Positions 29,131 to 38,699 of a stretch of 64,000 nucleotides of DNA are shown piece after piece. The notes under the pieces are model-generated. The model did not search any database, had not been told where the DNA came from, and was given only the letters and a program-made list of their open reading frames with translations. Both the position numbers and the translations under genes were made by a program. Position 1 is the first letter of the stretch. Every line of letters begins with the position of its first letter. Where the stretch lies: the IMG/VR virus record IMGVR_UViG_3300044638_006750, positions 124,001 through 188,000 of that record; one strand, written 5' to 3'.

Positions 29131-29140
29131 AATATACACC
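29131..29140 (-). promoter_or_regulatory. GGTGTAT-type putative phage promoter upstream of phoH
   Basis: GGTGTATATT in the intergenic gap; motif recurs in other gaps. Confidence 0.45.
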
Positions 29141-29151
29141 GCTATCTATAG

Positions 29152-29583
29152 CTATTTAGATAATCCACTAGATCCAAAACCTTTGGTTGATCTATCAGAA
29201 TTGTGCAATTCTTCGCATTCTACAAATGAAAAATTAAAATGTTGTTCAATAATAATTTGTGCAATTCGATCTCCTGTTTTAACATAAAAACTTTCGGAGC
29301 TGTCCGTATTGTATAGCAGAACACATACCTCTCCTCTATAGGAACTATCCACAACTCCTGCCATCACATCTATGCCATGTTTTAATGCTAGTCCAGATCT
29401 TGGAGCTATACGACCATAGTAAGATTTTGGTAGCTGTATGGCAATGCCTGTTTTAATTAGTTTACGAGATAATGGCTTGATCTCCTGCGTTTCCACTGCA
29501 AACAGATCGGCTCCTGCATCTGTAGGATTCGTCCTACGTGGCATAGAGGCTTCTGGATGTAGTTTTTTAAAGTAGATAAACAA
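29152..29583 (-). CDS. dut: dUTPase (probable TTG start at 29583)
   Basis: AGADL, RSGLA, GVVDSSYRGE, RIAQ, RSTKGFGSSG; AAGGAG SD. Confidence 0.95.
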   Translation of the reverse strand: MFIYFKKLHPEASMPRRTNPTDAGADLFAVETQEIKPLSRKLIKTGIAIQLPKSYYGRIAPRSGLALKHGIDVMAGVVDSSYRGEVCVLLYNTDSSESFYVKTGDRIAQIIIEQHFNFSFVECEELHNSDRSTKGFGSSGLSK

Positions 29584-29596
29584 ACCATCTGTCTCC

Positions 29597-31792
29597 TTAT
29601 AATAGGCACGCGCCGCCTGCACAGCTGATCTCCTCAATACCTAGTGTGTTATCTTCTGTTTCGGACAGTTGAGTATAGTCTACTTTCTTAAAGCTATTAT
29701 AAAGATCACAATACAGCTTCCAATTGTAAACATCTTTCATGCAGTATGTTAATCGTTTAACATCTCCATCAAAATATTTACCAGCAAAGTTTTTCATTTT
29801 TGTGACAAACTTTAGCTTGTTTTCATTGTCATTTTCTTTAGCTTGGTTCATTGACACATAATCACATGCTGCCCACAGATTATTATCAAATGCATTTAGG
29901 CCAAGCTCTATTAATCCAGAGCACCACAACGCAGCATCTCCATATTCTTTGACTATTTCTCTACTTGTATAGACTGTTGTAAATGGTGCTTGTGGATAAT
30001 CTTTATCTCCACTTTGAGGTATTAAACTAATACCAGCAAAATATTTTCGATTATCGTAGATAAATTTTGTAACACTATCCCATTCATCTGGTTTGACAGT
30101 AACAGTATTACTAACGTTATGACTCAAGTAATCCTGAGTACATAATGATCTGTTCTTACCAGAATACACCCAATTTTTTTGTGTCTCTTTAACTATAGTT
30201 AACATTTCAACAGCTGGTAATTGATTTTTAAGTTTGGCTCCATCTGGTACTTCGATGGGAAACTTAATTACTTCATCTGTATTATTAGCAGACCATGATG
30301 ATCTTTCACAAGCTTGTGGATTGATTTTCTTGAAGTGCTGATAAGGAGCTTCTAGTACATTGGCTTGAACATGTCTGATATATCTTTTAGCATGATGGGG
30401 ATGTATGCCTGATGATGTTCCAAGCATACTTGAAGATGTTCCTTCTGGTTTGAGACAGGTTACTCTAGCCGCTTGATTGATACCAATCTTCTTCGAAAGT
30501 TCTTTGTTGGTCTCTACAGCTATTTTGGCTCCATTCTTTAGAACCTTTTCTGTTAATACTATATCATGTTTTTCCATAATACCAGTAAGAGACACACCCA
30601 ATAAAGCTTCTCTTTGAAATATTTTCTTACTAATATCTCCTAGATAATCAAGATCGGTAAAACCAGCCTGAAGAGTGCCGATAATTGCAGCAGCCTTGCA
30701 TCTCTCATAAAAGTCTTCTGCGTCATCTACGCTGGAACAATTTATAGTTGAGAGATTGCATCCTTGCCACCCGCTCTTACCGCTTTCTTCGTCAACAGGC
30801 CACATGCCGACTTCTACACATGGATTAAAAGTCATCTCAGTAGAATCGCTCCAGATAAATCCTGGCTCTCCAAATTCTTTGACACTTTCCATAAGTGTAT
30901 TAAATGCCTCAAAAGAGGTTTCATCCTTTAATAGGAGGGCAGAATTGTTACTTCTGGCTCTTTGTGGATTATCTATGTACCAATTACCAGTTTTGGCTTT
31001 AGCCATTTCTGTATCATCTGGACTAAATAATGCTAACGAAGCACTTCGTCGTACACCACCAGAGAGTACCGCATCACTACTATGCATAATGATATCATAT
31101 GCATCTATAGGTCGTAGTTTTTTTTGTCCATTTTCAATACACCTATCTAGCAGTGCTCTAATTTTTTCTAGACCATTCTGGAGAGGCTCAAAACCCGGAG
31201 CCTTGCCTACGCCAGATGACAGAGAAGATCCTTTTGCTCTAATATTAGAATAATCAAAAACAATGTATTGATCTTTATATTCTTTGAATCTATCTTCTGC
31301 TGGTTTAACAAAGTATGAGCTAAGAAGAACACCCAAAGCATCCGCCCAGCCTTCGATACTGTCCTCGATAATATATTTTTTTCCTTGTGCTGGTTTTGGC
31401 TCTTGAGAAAGCGCAGGGAGTTTAGATACATGGTGTTTTTGAACACTAAAACCAGTGCCACTGCCACACAACAACAACCAGAAACATTCTTGAAAAAATC
31501 TCAAACGATCACAATAAGAACTTGTACAATTATAGATCTTGGCATGTCTTTTCAGGATAGGTTCTCCTCCAAACTGTAAAGCTCTTTGACTACCCAAAAC
31601 TTTCTTTTTATACATCATATCGTATGCCCAATTGATTTGGTCGGCTATATCATAGCCAGCATACTTGGTATTCATCATGTCTTTAACGCGCTCTACCGCT
31701 TCTTTCCAAGTTTCTCTACGATTTTTTTCCTCAAGCCAACGAGCATATTTACTAACGAAAGTATAATTCTGTAATTCTTGTAGAGCAGACAT
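29597..31792 (-). CDS. nrdJ: Ribonucleotide reductase, class II-like (adenosylcobalamin-dependent, monomeric type)
   Basis: YNC, GGVRRSA, NPCVE, GCNL, TCLKPEGT, C-terminal CAGGAC; no beta subunit gene in the window. Confidence 0.85.
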   Translation of the reverse strand: MSALQELQNYTFVSKYARWLEEKNRRETWKEAVERVKDMMNTKYAGYDIADQINWAYDMMYKKKVLGSQRALQFGGEPILKRHAKIYNCTSSYCDRLRFFQECFWLLLCGSGTGFSVQKHHVSKLPALSQEPKPAQGKKYIIEDSIEGWADALGVLLSSYFVKPAEDRFKEYKDQYIVFDYSNIRAKGSSLSSGVGKAPGFEPLQNGLEKIRALLDRCIENGQKKLRPIDAYDIIMHSSDAVLSGGVRRSASLALFSPDDTEMAKAKTGNWYIDNPQRARSNNSALLLKDETSFEAFNTLMESVKEFGEPGFIWSDSTEMTFNPCVEVGMWPVDEESGKSGWQGCNLSTINCSSVDDAEDFYERCKAAAIIGTLQAGFTDLDYLGDISKKIFQREALLGVSLTGIMEKHDIVLTEKVLKNGAKIAVETNKELSKKIGINQAARVTCLKPEGTSSSMLGTSSGIHPHHAKRYIRHVQANVLEAPYQHFKKINPQACERSSWSANNTDEVIKFPIEVPDGAKLKNQLPAVEMLTIVKETQKNWVYSGKNRSLCTQDYLSHNVSNTVTVKPDEWDSVTKFIYDNRKYFAGISLIPQSGDKDYPQAPFTTVYTSREIVKEYGDAALWCSGLIELGLNAFDNNLWAACDYVSMNQAKENDNENKLKFVTKMKNFAGKYFDGDVKRLTYCMKDVYNWKLYCDLYNSFKKVDYTQLSETEDNTLGIEEISCAGGACLL

Positions 31793-31800
31793 AAACACTC

Positions 31801-31941
31801 CTATTGTTTTGAAAATGAGTACATGAATCCGAGGAACACAGTGAGATTAAAACAAAAATTTGCCATTTCTGTGTTACCACTCATCCAGTGAAAAAAATAA
31901 AAAAATATTCCGACATAGAACGCGCCGATATGTATTTTCAT
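31801..31941 (-). CDS. 46-aa hydrophobic small protein (absent from the ORF track)
   Basis: MKIHIGAFYVGIFFYFFHWMSGNTEMANFCFNLTVFLGFMYSFSKQ; ATGA overlap with dcd, stop overlaps the nrdJ SD. Confidence 0.55.
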   Translation of the reverse strand: MKIHIGAFYVGIFFYFFHWMSGNTEMANFCFNLTVFLGFMYSFSKQ

Positions 31942-32405
31942 AATACACCGGCTAGGTTATGAAGCCAAGAAAGATCAGCATCAACTTTGTGAATTTCCAT
32001 CTTGCTCATACTAATAAATGTATCGAATCTTTGTTGTGCGTCGTGATCAAATAGATGAGTTCCGTGATCATCGATCATGTAAACTTTTTTAATACCTTCT
32101 TGCCATAGAGCGATAATACAATCATTACAGCATTGGCCAGTGACGTAAGCTATTCCGTTATCTGGTCTAACCACACAATTAGACAATGCGTTTCTTTCTG
32201 AATGCACCATCCAAGGATATTTTTCTGGTCTTGACGTTGGAAGTTTAGTGTCATCCAATCCTCTAGGAAAACCATTATATCCTACACCTAAAATTCTATT
32301 ATTTTGATCAGTAATAACACAGCCATGCTTAGTATGTATGTCATGACTGCGCTGAGAAATAACCTTAGCAAGTCCTAAGAAATAATTGATCCAATCAGGT
32401 CGCAT
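31938..32405 (-). CDS. dCMP deaminase
   Basis: GYNGFPRG, HSERNA, CCNDC. Confidence 0.93.
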   Translation of the reverse strand: MRPDWINYFLGLAKVISQRSHDIHTKHGCVITDQNNRILGVGYNGFPRGLDDTKLPTSRPEKYPWMVHSERNALSNCVVRPDNGIAYVTGQCCNDCIIALWQEGIKKVYMIDDHGTHLFDHDAQQRFDTFISMSKMEIHKVDADLSWLHNLAGVL

Positions 32406-32408
32406 ATC

Positions 32409-32654
32409 CTACTTTTCTAGCAATTTTTTGTAAAACACTAATGAAGCTGTAGCTCCTACTACACCCATCATTAGTCCAGCGGGTTGAAGAGGCGTCATGC
32501 CTAACAGGTATGTTATTGTACCTCCTGCATACGATCCTGCAACCCCTAGAGCCACTGTTTTTACAAAACCGAAATTTTCTTCTCCCGGCACTAAACTTTT
32601 TGCAATACTACCAACGAATATACCATATACTGACCATACTATTAAACTAAACAT
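32409..32654 (-). CDS. GlsB/YeaQ/YmgE (transglycosylase-associated) membrane protein
   Basis: GIFVGSIAK.LVPG..TVALGVAGS..GG...GVVGA. Confidence 0.8.
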   Translation of the reverse strand: MFSLIVWSVYGIFVGSIAKSLVPGEENFGFVKTVALGVAGSYAGGTITYLLGMTPLQPAGLMMGVVGATASLVFYKKLLEK

Positions 32655-33045
32655 TTGCGGCCTCCACTAAAGTCTTGATTTCATCCTTGGTTAATGTTTC
32701 TCCTGTATCTAACAATGCATTCAAGATCGAAAACGCATATTTATTATAGTCTTCTGGGCTCATTTCTCTTCTAAGAATTTTTTTAATTCTCATTTTGGTG
32801 AACCATCCTCTACGACTACTGAATTCTTTTATTTGTTCACCATACAATGCATATTTATCTTCTGCTGTGCAGTTAGCCAAAATTTTACTTTTATTACATT
32901 CTTGTAAAATTCTAACACACGTTAAGACAATACTTATAATCATTAAAATAGTAACTATAGCAAATCCATAATTGTCGTCTTTTGGAGTCTTAGATTTTTC
33001 TAAAATTTTAATAGCTATATTTTTTAATTTTTCGTCGTTATTCAT
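32647..33045 (-). CDS. Hypothetical protein with one TM segment
   Basis: FAIVTILMIISIVLTCV. Confidence 0.65.
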   Translation of the reverse strand: MNNDEKLKNIAIKILEKSKTPKDDNYGFAIVTILMIISIVLTCVRILQECNKSKILANCTAEDKYALYGEQIKEFSSRRGWFTKMRIKKILRREMSPEDYNKYAFSILNALLDTGETLTKDEIKTLVEAANV

Positions 33046-33048
33046 AGA

Positions 33049-33408
33049 TTATCTTCTTATATTTTTTTGTAAAGGACATTTACCATTTGGACAATTGTCT
33101 TTAGTCGGAGGGGCAGGCGCAGGAGTAATAGAAGTAATCGGTCCAATAGATATTACCCCACTAGCAGAAGAATCATCTGTTTCACAATATGTGCAATCTA
33201 TTTTTTTGATATTATCTCCACTCATATACCAGCCCTTACCCTTACACACTGGACAGTCTTTACGCTTATATTTTTTAACTACTTCATCTGTGTGCTTTGC
33301 TTTTATAATACCGCCAGCAAGAGTTACTGGAGCGGTTGTAGAGCCATAGTAGTGTGATTGAACGAACAGTAGTCCAATACATAAAAGTCCGATATTAATT
33401 TTGTTCAT
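33049..33408 (-). CDS. Signal/TM-anchored Cys-rich hypothetical protein
   Basis: Hydrophobic N-terminus, CPVCKGKG..CTYC, CPNGKCP. Confidence 0.65.
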   Translation of the reverse strand: MNKINIGLLCIGLLFVQSHYYGSTTAPVTLAGGIIKAKHTDEVVKKYKRKDCPVCKGKGWYMSGDNIKKIDCTYCETDDSSASGVISIGPITSITPAPAPPTKDNCPNGKCPLQKNIRR

Positions 33409-33617
33409 TTTTTACTCCACGGAAAAGGAATCACCTCGTTAATTTTATTAACCACCTTTTTAAGAGGTCTAACTCTATTAGGTTTATTAGGTGTAACTTC
33501 TGGCTTTTTTGGAATATAATTTTTTTGAACAGTATCAAAAATTCTAACTAATCTTTCAATGACACTGATAATTAAATTGACTATAGCCCTGACCTTTAGT
33601 CTTTCTCTCAGATTCAT
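33405..33617 (-). CDS. Small hypothetical protein
   Basis: GAGGTG SD; 70 aa. Confidence 0.6.
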   Translation of the reverse strand: MNLRERLKVRAIVNLIISVIERLVRIFDTVQKNYIPKKPEVTPNKPNRVRPLKKVVNKINEVIPFPWSKK

Positions 33618-33636
33618 TAGTCACCTCTATAAAATA

Positions 33637-33656
33637 TGGTATATATTAATACACCA
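33637..33656 (-). promoter_or_regulatory. GGTGTAT-type putative promoter; imperfect palindrome TGGTATATATTAATACACCA
   Basis: Intergenic; shares the 14-mer AAAATATGGTATAT with 36530-36543. Confidence 0.5.
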
Positions 33657-33682
33657 TTTATAGTATTGTGAGAATGAATATT

Positions 33683-34609
33683 TTAGGCTAAATAGTCGAA
33701 ACCGTAATCTGGTAGCTTTTGTAGTGGGAATCCATCAAATCCACTAAAAGCATATGATCCGTTTTGTGATAGCATACCAGCGGCAACATCTGCATGAATT
33801 AAGAAAGATCCATCTGGTATCGGACCCCATTCTGGATGACCACCATCATTCCATTTACCCCAACTATTTTGTACAAGAAATGCTGGCTCTCCACCAGTGT
33901 CATCACATGCTATCCATGCCATGCAATGAGCCCAGCTTCCTGATTGTTTAGCAAAACCCTTTTTATCTCGTGTATTACTAAACCCATAACTAGAACATAC
34001 TGCCAAGCCGTAGCCGTTCGCTAGAGCATCTCTAGCTTCTTCTACTGTTCTAATTAAAGAAGCTGTACGTATTTGATGATCATTGGCGAGATCTAATACT
34101 TTATCTGGTAATCCTCTGCCTCCCCACCCAGCACCAAGATTACCATTATATTTGCTAAAGTCTGCTATGCCGGGATAATTTTTTCTAACTACAATACCAC
34201 CAACTTTACTAACAAATTCTGCTGCTCTAGCACAACTCATGCCCTGACCGGAAAATCCTCTATAGCCGTAGATAGCTTCGGTAGCTCCTTTCGCCACCCA
34301 ATCTTCTCTTTCATTGTGTACGTCTATTTCGACTGCTCGGCTTACATCACAAGCATTTCGTGTTCCATGGCTAACACAATCTCCTGTCGTTTGTCTTTCA
34401 TTATAAGGGTTTTTATCAAACTTCAACACACTCTTGTATGGTGTTGATAATTTACCTTTACCAGTATTACTAATTTTTTTACTGGCATCTCCAAACAAAG
34501 GATACTTGGAGGTTTCCATCAAATGGTCAAATACGTGCTGTTCCCATATGCATCCAGAAAAACCTTTGCGATAATTATCGTACAGTTCTTTAGGTGTAAA
34601 TCTAGCCAT
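33683..34609 (-). CDS. Papain-like (C1) cysteine peptidase
   Basis: QTTGDCVSHG (Cys), WAHCMAWIA (His), VQNSWG (Asn). Confidence 0.88.
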   Translation of the reverse strand: MARFTPKELYDNYRKGFSGCIWEQHVFDHLMETSKYPLFGDASKKISNTGKGKLSTPYKSVLKFDKNPYNERQTTGDCVSHGTRNACDVSRAVEIDVHNEREDWVAKGATEAIYGYRGFSGQGMSCARAAEFVSKVGGIVVRKNYPGIADFSKYNGNLGAGWGGRGLPDKVLDLANDHQIRTASLIRTVEEARDALANGYGLAVCSSYGFSNTRDKKGFAKQSGSWAHCMAWIACDDTGGEPAFLVQNSWGKWNDGGHPEWGPIPDGSFLIHADVAAGMLSQNGSYAFSGFDGFPLQKLPDYGFDYLA

Positions 34610-35103
34610 TATTTACTACTTTCATTACATGCCCATGCCAGAGCTTTAAAAGCATCCACAGCTTTAACTCTTAGTTCAGGAGACAAAACAATTTGATCAT
34701 CACCAATTGCTGTAACCATTACTTTTTTTGCCGCGTCTGCTAGATTGGTATACTTACCTTTTATATCTAGCCTACACATAGCCCCGGCTAAACTATTAGC
34801 CTGACGAATATCTTCTGTATTTTTTACTACCATATCTTCTCCATCTAGTTCAACAAGTCTAGACAGATCTAAATATAGGTCTCTTAATCTTCTAGAATCA
34901 TACTTATGATCAGCTACAGAAGATAAGATTTTTGTTACTTCTTCTGCCGCAGATTTGACTTCAGGGTCTGTTGGGGCCGATAGTTCTAAAACGTCAACAA
35001 CAACAGACGGTTTTGAATTAAGGAGATTAGATAAATCTGGCTTAATCAAACCCAGCAAAATTAGAACCCCAGCAAGACCAAGTAGTACGTTTTTCTTATT
35101 CAT
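34609..35103 (-). CDS. N-terminally membrane-anchored hypothetical protein
   Basis: KKNVLLGLAGVLILLGLI. Confidence 0.65.
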   Translation of the reverse strand: MNKKNVLLGLAGVLILLGLIKPDLSNLLNSKPSVVVDVLELSAPTDPEVKSAAEEVTKILSSVADHKYDSRRLRDLYLDLSRLVELDGEDMVVKNTEDIRQANSLAGAMCRLDIKGKYTNLADAAKKVMVTAIGDDQIVLSPELRVKAVDAFKALAWACNESSK

Positions 35104-35485
35104 GGTTCACACTTCCTTTTTCAGCACATACGGTTGGACTTAAGTATGGAAACATTTGATCGGCTACTTTTACGGCTTCTACGCATCCGCTTGCTACAGC
35201 CAGATCACGAGTTTGTTTCCAAGACACAACAAGTTTAAAAAAGGTGTCCTCGGCAGTGCTTTTTGGAACTGTTACTGGATTAACAACAGGAACACTAACA
35301 GCCGGAAGAGATACCTTGTCTGAAGCACCTTTTACTTTCTCTACCAAGTTCACAACCAATTTTTGTACCGGGCTTAGTTTATCCTTAAACATGACCCATA
35401 GTACAATACCTACACCAGCATATAAAGCCAAATCCGTTGTGCTTACACGACTACTAAAATCTTGAAAACTTTCTGTAAAATTCAT
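35096..35485 (-). CDS. Membrane hypothetical protein
   Basis: LALYAGVGIVLWVMF. Confidence 0.65.
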   Translation of the reverse strand: MNFTESFQDFSSRVSTTDLALYAGVGIVLWVMFKDKLSPVQKLVVNLVEKVKGASDKVSLPAVSVPVVNPVTVPKSTAEDTFFKLVVSWKQTRDLAVASGCVEAVKVADQMFPYLSPTVCAEKGSVNHE

Positions 35486-35496
35486 TGTATCCTCAC

Positions 35497-35919
35497 TTAT
35501 TTGTCTGAAACTTCTGGGATTTTATCTACTTCATTATTTACTGTTGACGACGGATTAACAAAAACACCAGTTTGTCTAAAGGTTGTTACCAAAGCGTCAA
35601 TCGATGCACTCACAAGGATCATAAGCAACTGTTTCACATACTTCTGTATAATAGGCTGTAAAACTTTGGGGACAAAAGGAAAATTTATTATTGTAAATAC
35701 TTGATCATAAAAGTTGCTTAACATAGCCATAGCTAATGTCTTTTTGTCTGCCCCTCTTAAATTAGGATTATTATCTTCTATATTTTGAATAACTTCGGCA
35801 ACTGCTAATTGTAATACATTCCATGCTTGTGGAAATGCTACTTGTTTAGCTGATTTAATAATATCTTTAGCTTTATTGACTAGATTTGTTAGATCGTTTA
35901 CGGACAGTTGTGCTTCCAT
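35497..35919 (-). CDS. Hypothetical protein (probable start 35919)
   Basis: AAAGGAG SD before MEAQLS. Confidence 0.65.
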   Translation of the reverse strand: MEAQLSVNDLTNLVNKAKDIIKSAKQVAFPQAWNVLQLAVAEVIQNIEDNNPNLRGADKKTLAMAMLSNFYDQVFTIINFPFVPKVLQPIIQKYVKQLLMILVSASIDALVTTFRQTGVFVNPSSTVNNEVDKIPEVSDK

Positions 35920-36229
35920 TAGGCTTACTCCTTTTCTTTTTGGTTTTAATGATTGGGACGTCATTTTTCTCATCAACCCTTTTTCTTTCTTCTTCGTTTG
36001 CTGTATTCCACCACGTTTTTTTAATTTCTTTTCTACTATTAATATATTTCCAGAGAATAGCTAATTGACCACCTATTAATATAATGCTTTCTACTCCATG
36101 GCTAACATCTCTTATAAGATCTTCTTTTTGGCTGTTGTCTCCTATTAAACCTAGAAGATATAAACCGCTAAATAAGAAACTAACAAGAGTAAACCAAAAT
36201 TCGCTGGTTCTATATCCTGGTTTGATCAT
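35873..36229 (-). CDS. Holin-like two-TM protein
   Basis: MIKPGYRTSEFW + two hydrophobic segments + highly basic C-terminal tail. Confidence 0.5.
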   Translation of the reverse strand: MIKPGYRTSEFWFTLVSFLFSGLYLLGLIGDNSQKEDLIRDVSHGVESIILIGGQLAILWKYINSRKEIKKTWWNTANEEERKRVDEKNDVPIIKTKKKRSKPNGSTTVRKRSNKSSQ

Positions 36230-36274
36230 TAGTTCACCCCTCAAATAATTTGATGTAATTTACAAACTATAGTT

Positions 36275-36284
36275 TATATACACC
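36275..36284 (-). promoter_or_regulatory. GGTGTAT-type putative promoter
   Basis: GGTGTATATA in the intergenic gap. Confidence 0.45.
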
Positions 36285-36301
36285 AATAAAATATATGAGT
36301 A

Positions 36302-36508
36302 TTATGTAGTGCTAATTACTTCTACAAAAATGCCATTATAGAATCTATTGCCGTATTTGTTAGATATAGTTTCTACTGTGGGGGTATTGAGTACTGTAAC
36401 ATTATTTGTTTTATAATTACCTGTTTTTTGAACACTAGTAACTAGCGTACCGTTTTTTATTGGTTCTGATGTCTTACTTTTTGTAATATCTGTAAATGGT
36501 CTTGCCAT
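36302..36508 (-). CDS. Small hypothetical (putative virion) protein
   Basis: GGAG SD; T/N-rich 68 aa. Confidence 0.6.
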   Translation of the reverse strand: MARPFTDITKSKTSEPIKNGTLVTSVQKTGNYKTNNVTVLNTPTVETISNKYGNRFYNGIFVEVISTT

Positions 36509-36529
36509 AATAAAATCTCCAAGTTTTAA

Positions 36530-36556
36530 AAAATATGGTATATTATATAATACACT
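36530..36556 (-). promoter_or_regulatory. Putative promoter AGTGTATTATATAATATACC
   Basis: Motif variant plus a perfect TATAAT; shares sequence with the 33631 and 14544 sites. Confidence 0.5.
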
Positions 36557-36557
36557 T

Positions 36558-36878
36558 TTAGTGATTTTCTATTCTATTTTCTAATGCTTCTAGTGTTTTG
36601 CCTAGCATTGCAATTTGAACCTTAAGTTCGTTCATGACTTCTGTGTTTCTTTGTAAAGCAGCTGCGAATGCCGCTTGACTTTCTTTTCCGCTATTAAGTC
36701 TTTCCATAATAAATTGTCTATCATGAACATAAGGACTTTGAGTTTCTATCATAGATAAAACTTCGGCTTTTGTGGCCATATTTTTACCTATTGCAACCCA
36801 GAATCCCATCATGGTTACAATAATTCCAATACAAGTTGTTGCTATATTTTCCCAGAAATGTATAATAGTTTCACTCAT
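36558..36878 (-). CDS. TM + coiled-coil hypothetical protein (holin/haemolysin XhlA-like architecture)
   Basis: IATTCIGIIVTMMGFWVAIG followed by a coiled coil. Confidence 0.55.
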   Translation of the reverse strand: MSETIIHFWENIATTCIGIIVTMMGFWVAIGKNMATKAEVLSMIETQSPYVHDRQFIMERLNSGKESQAAFAAALQRNTEVMNELKVQIAMLGKTLEALENRIENH

Positions 36879-36893
36879 ATAAAATGACCCTTT

Positions 36894-37385
36894 CTAAGCA
36901 CAGCCAGGGGTATTAGATTGCATTAACTGAATACCTGCGACAGTGGTTAATCTTCTTCTATTTATAATAATTTTGCCTGTTTCACAATCTGATGTTTGAC
37001 ATGTGGATTCCGAGGTTTGTCCGTTTGCACTATCATCGCTGGCCGCTCTATTGGCCTTGGCCTGTAATGCCAACATAAACGCTTCAAACTCTTGAGTATA
37101 GTTATTAATGTTAGTACACTTATACATTGTTCTTGGATCGCCGCCTATTTGAAAATTAAAATCAAATTCAAATTCTAGAGTAAAACTAAAAGTATCTCTA
37201 CCTCCTTCAATTGGAGGGAAATTACTTACTGGTGTCCATCCGGTACTTTTGGAGTCATCACAGCCATTAGTGATTTTCTGTTGGCCTTCTCGTTTTAAAA
37301 AAAATGCATAAACAAAACTTATACTTCTAGAGAATCTGGGCATTCCTACTGATGGTGGATAACATGTTCCTGTTGGTGGATTCAT
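36894..37385 (-). CDS. Hypothetical protein
   Basis: 163-aa ORF. Confidence 0.55.
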   Translation of the reverse strand: MNPPTGTCYPPSVGMPRFSRSISFVYAFFLKREGQQKITNGCDDSKSTGWTPVSNFPPIEGGRDTFSFTLEFEFDFNFQIGGDPRTMYKCTNINNYTQEFEAFMLALQAKANRAASDDSANGQTSESTCQTSDCETGKIIINRRRLTTVAGIQLMQSNTPGCA

Positions 37386-37413
37386 AATTATTCTTTCTTA
37401 ATAAAAAAATATT

Positions 37414-37842
37414 TCAAGGAATAATGTTATTAACATCACATTGATAATTATCGTCAGAACCTATAAGAGAAAAACCAACAGTAGACATTGCACCAATAGT
37501 AGCACCCATGTTTCGCTCGGACACAGAAGATCCTGTATTATCAGACAGAATTGCGAATTGCGAATATGTCTCATATTCATTAGAGTTCATACTATTAAGT
37601 ATAGTATTATTGATAATACTAATAGGATTATTGTAATCATATCCTATAAGCTCGTCAGACAACCCATGTTCTGTATAATAGATATTATCTACTAAAAGAG
37701 GAATAGTTCTTTGGTTGTTAAAAGTATTATCCGAAAATATTTTACCGTCGTGAACAAACGCTGGTTTTCTCAGTTTAGAGACTGAACCAAAAATTTTTTT
37801 ACTAAAATCTGTACCAGATGATATTGATATATTTCTAGGCAT
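37414..37842 (-). CDS. Hypothetical protein
   Basis: 142-aa ORF. Confidence 0.55.
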   Translation of the reverse strand: MPRNISISSGTDFSKKIFGSVSKLRKPAFVHDGKIFSDNTFNNQRTIPLLVDNIYYTEHGLSDELIGYDYNNPISIINNTILNSMNSNEYETYSQFAILSDNTGSSVSERNMGATIGAMSTVGFSLIGSDDNYQCDVNNIIP

Positions 37843-38053
37843 ATTTTATCCTTACCGATAATGAAGGAAGTCTTGCCCCAATATTGAAATTGATTTTGGT
37901 ATTACGAGCATCAATATCTAATTCATTAAATTGTTTATATATATGATCTTTAGATACTATAAAGTCCGACACCGTAGTGTCGGACTTATAGATAGCATTG
38001 GTATGTTTATAGATACCATTCGGTTTTTTTACCAAATAGTTATTTCTATACAT
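37835..38053 (-). CDS. Small hypothetical protein
   Basis: 72-aa coupled ORF. Confidence 0.5.
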   Translation of the reverse strand: MYRNNYLVKKPNGIYKHTNAIYKSDTTVSDFIVSKDHIYKQFNELDIDARNTKINFNIGARLPSLSVRIKYA

Positions 38054-38057
38054 TTAA

Positions 38058-38630
38058 TTAACCATTCTTTGCTTTGTAGTTAACAACAACAGGATTCTTT
38101 GCGCCACCCTTGAAGGTGAGTCTGCCGGGAACGCTTCTTGTTGGAGTTGCTGCAACATCTTTGTAATTGCCGCTAGCATCAACAAGAACACCTGCTGTAC
38201 CAGTTGTTCCAGTATCGTTTGCTACAGCGGGATAGCCAGCATCCCATTTACCAAGATAAAAATTAAACTTACCAGCTCTGATAGCTGTTAACTCTCTGCG
38301 AGTAAGTACTGATTCTAATTTATGAATACCTCTGATTTGGGATGGAACATCCGCACCAGATAGTAGAGCAGTATTAGCTAAGCCTGTAATTGTTGAAGAA
38401 ACTCTTAAAGCTACTGGTTGTCTGGTATTATAAGCAATAAGACCAGCACTAACAGCTTTTGCAACGTCAGTTGTAACAAGAACTCTAGAGCCTACAAAGC
38501 CTAGATTTGAGCCACCAAGACTAACACCAGCTACGTTGACAGCAGATGTTTTTACTCTTAGTACAGCTCCTCTATTGTTTTTAGTACTTGTTACAGTAAC
38601 TGCCGAACCATTTTGTTGAATTGTTGCCAT
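38058..38630 (-). CDS. A/G/V/T-rich putative virion (decoration-like) protein
   Basis: GGAG SD; strongly GCT/GTT/ACT-biased codons typical of highly expressed genes. Confidence 0.6.
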   Translation of the reverse strand: MATIQQNGSAVTVTSTKNNRGAVLRVKTSAVNVAGVSLGGSNLGFVGSRVLVTTDVAKAVSAGLIAYNTRQPVALRVSSTITGLANTALLSGADVPSQIRGIHKLESVLTRRELTAIRAGKFNFYLGKWDAGYPAVANDTGTTGTAGVLVDASGNYKDVAATPTRSVPGRLTFKGGAKNPVVVNYKAKNG

Positions 38631-38699
38631 TTTATAATCTCCATGCATGGGTAAAAAAGGAAAACGATGAATATTCGTTAATTTTATACCCCAAACCTA

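Noticed and set aside
31799-31937. Cobalamin riboswitch upstream of nrdJ
   Set aside because: AT-rich, no recognisable B12-box or GC-rich helices, and the gap is explained by a coupled 46-aa ORF. An Infernal search would be decisive.
36878-36896. TAG readthrough fusing 36894-37385 with 36558-36878 (same frame)
   Set aside because: The downstream gene has its own SD-like AAAGGG and ATG; one in three neighbours is in frame by chance.
38641-38679. Palindrome CCATGCATGG and weak hairpin AACGA-N7-TCGTT
   Set aside because: Short and weak; expected by chance in 64 kb.
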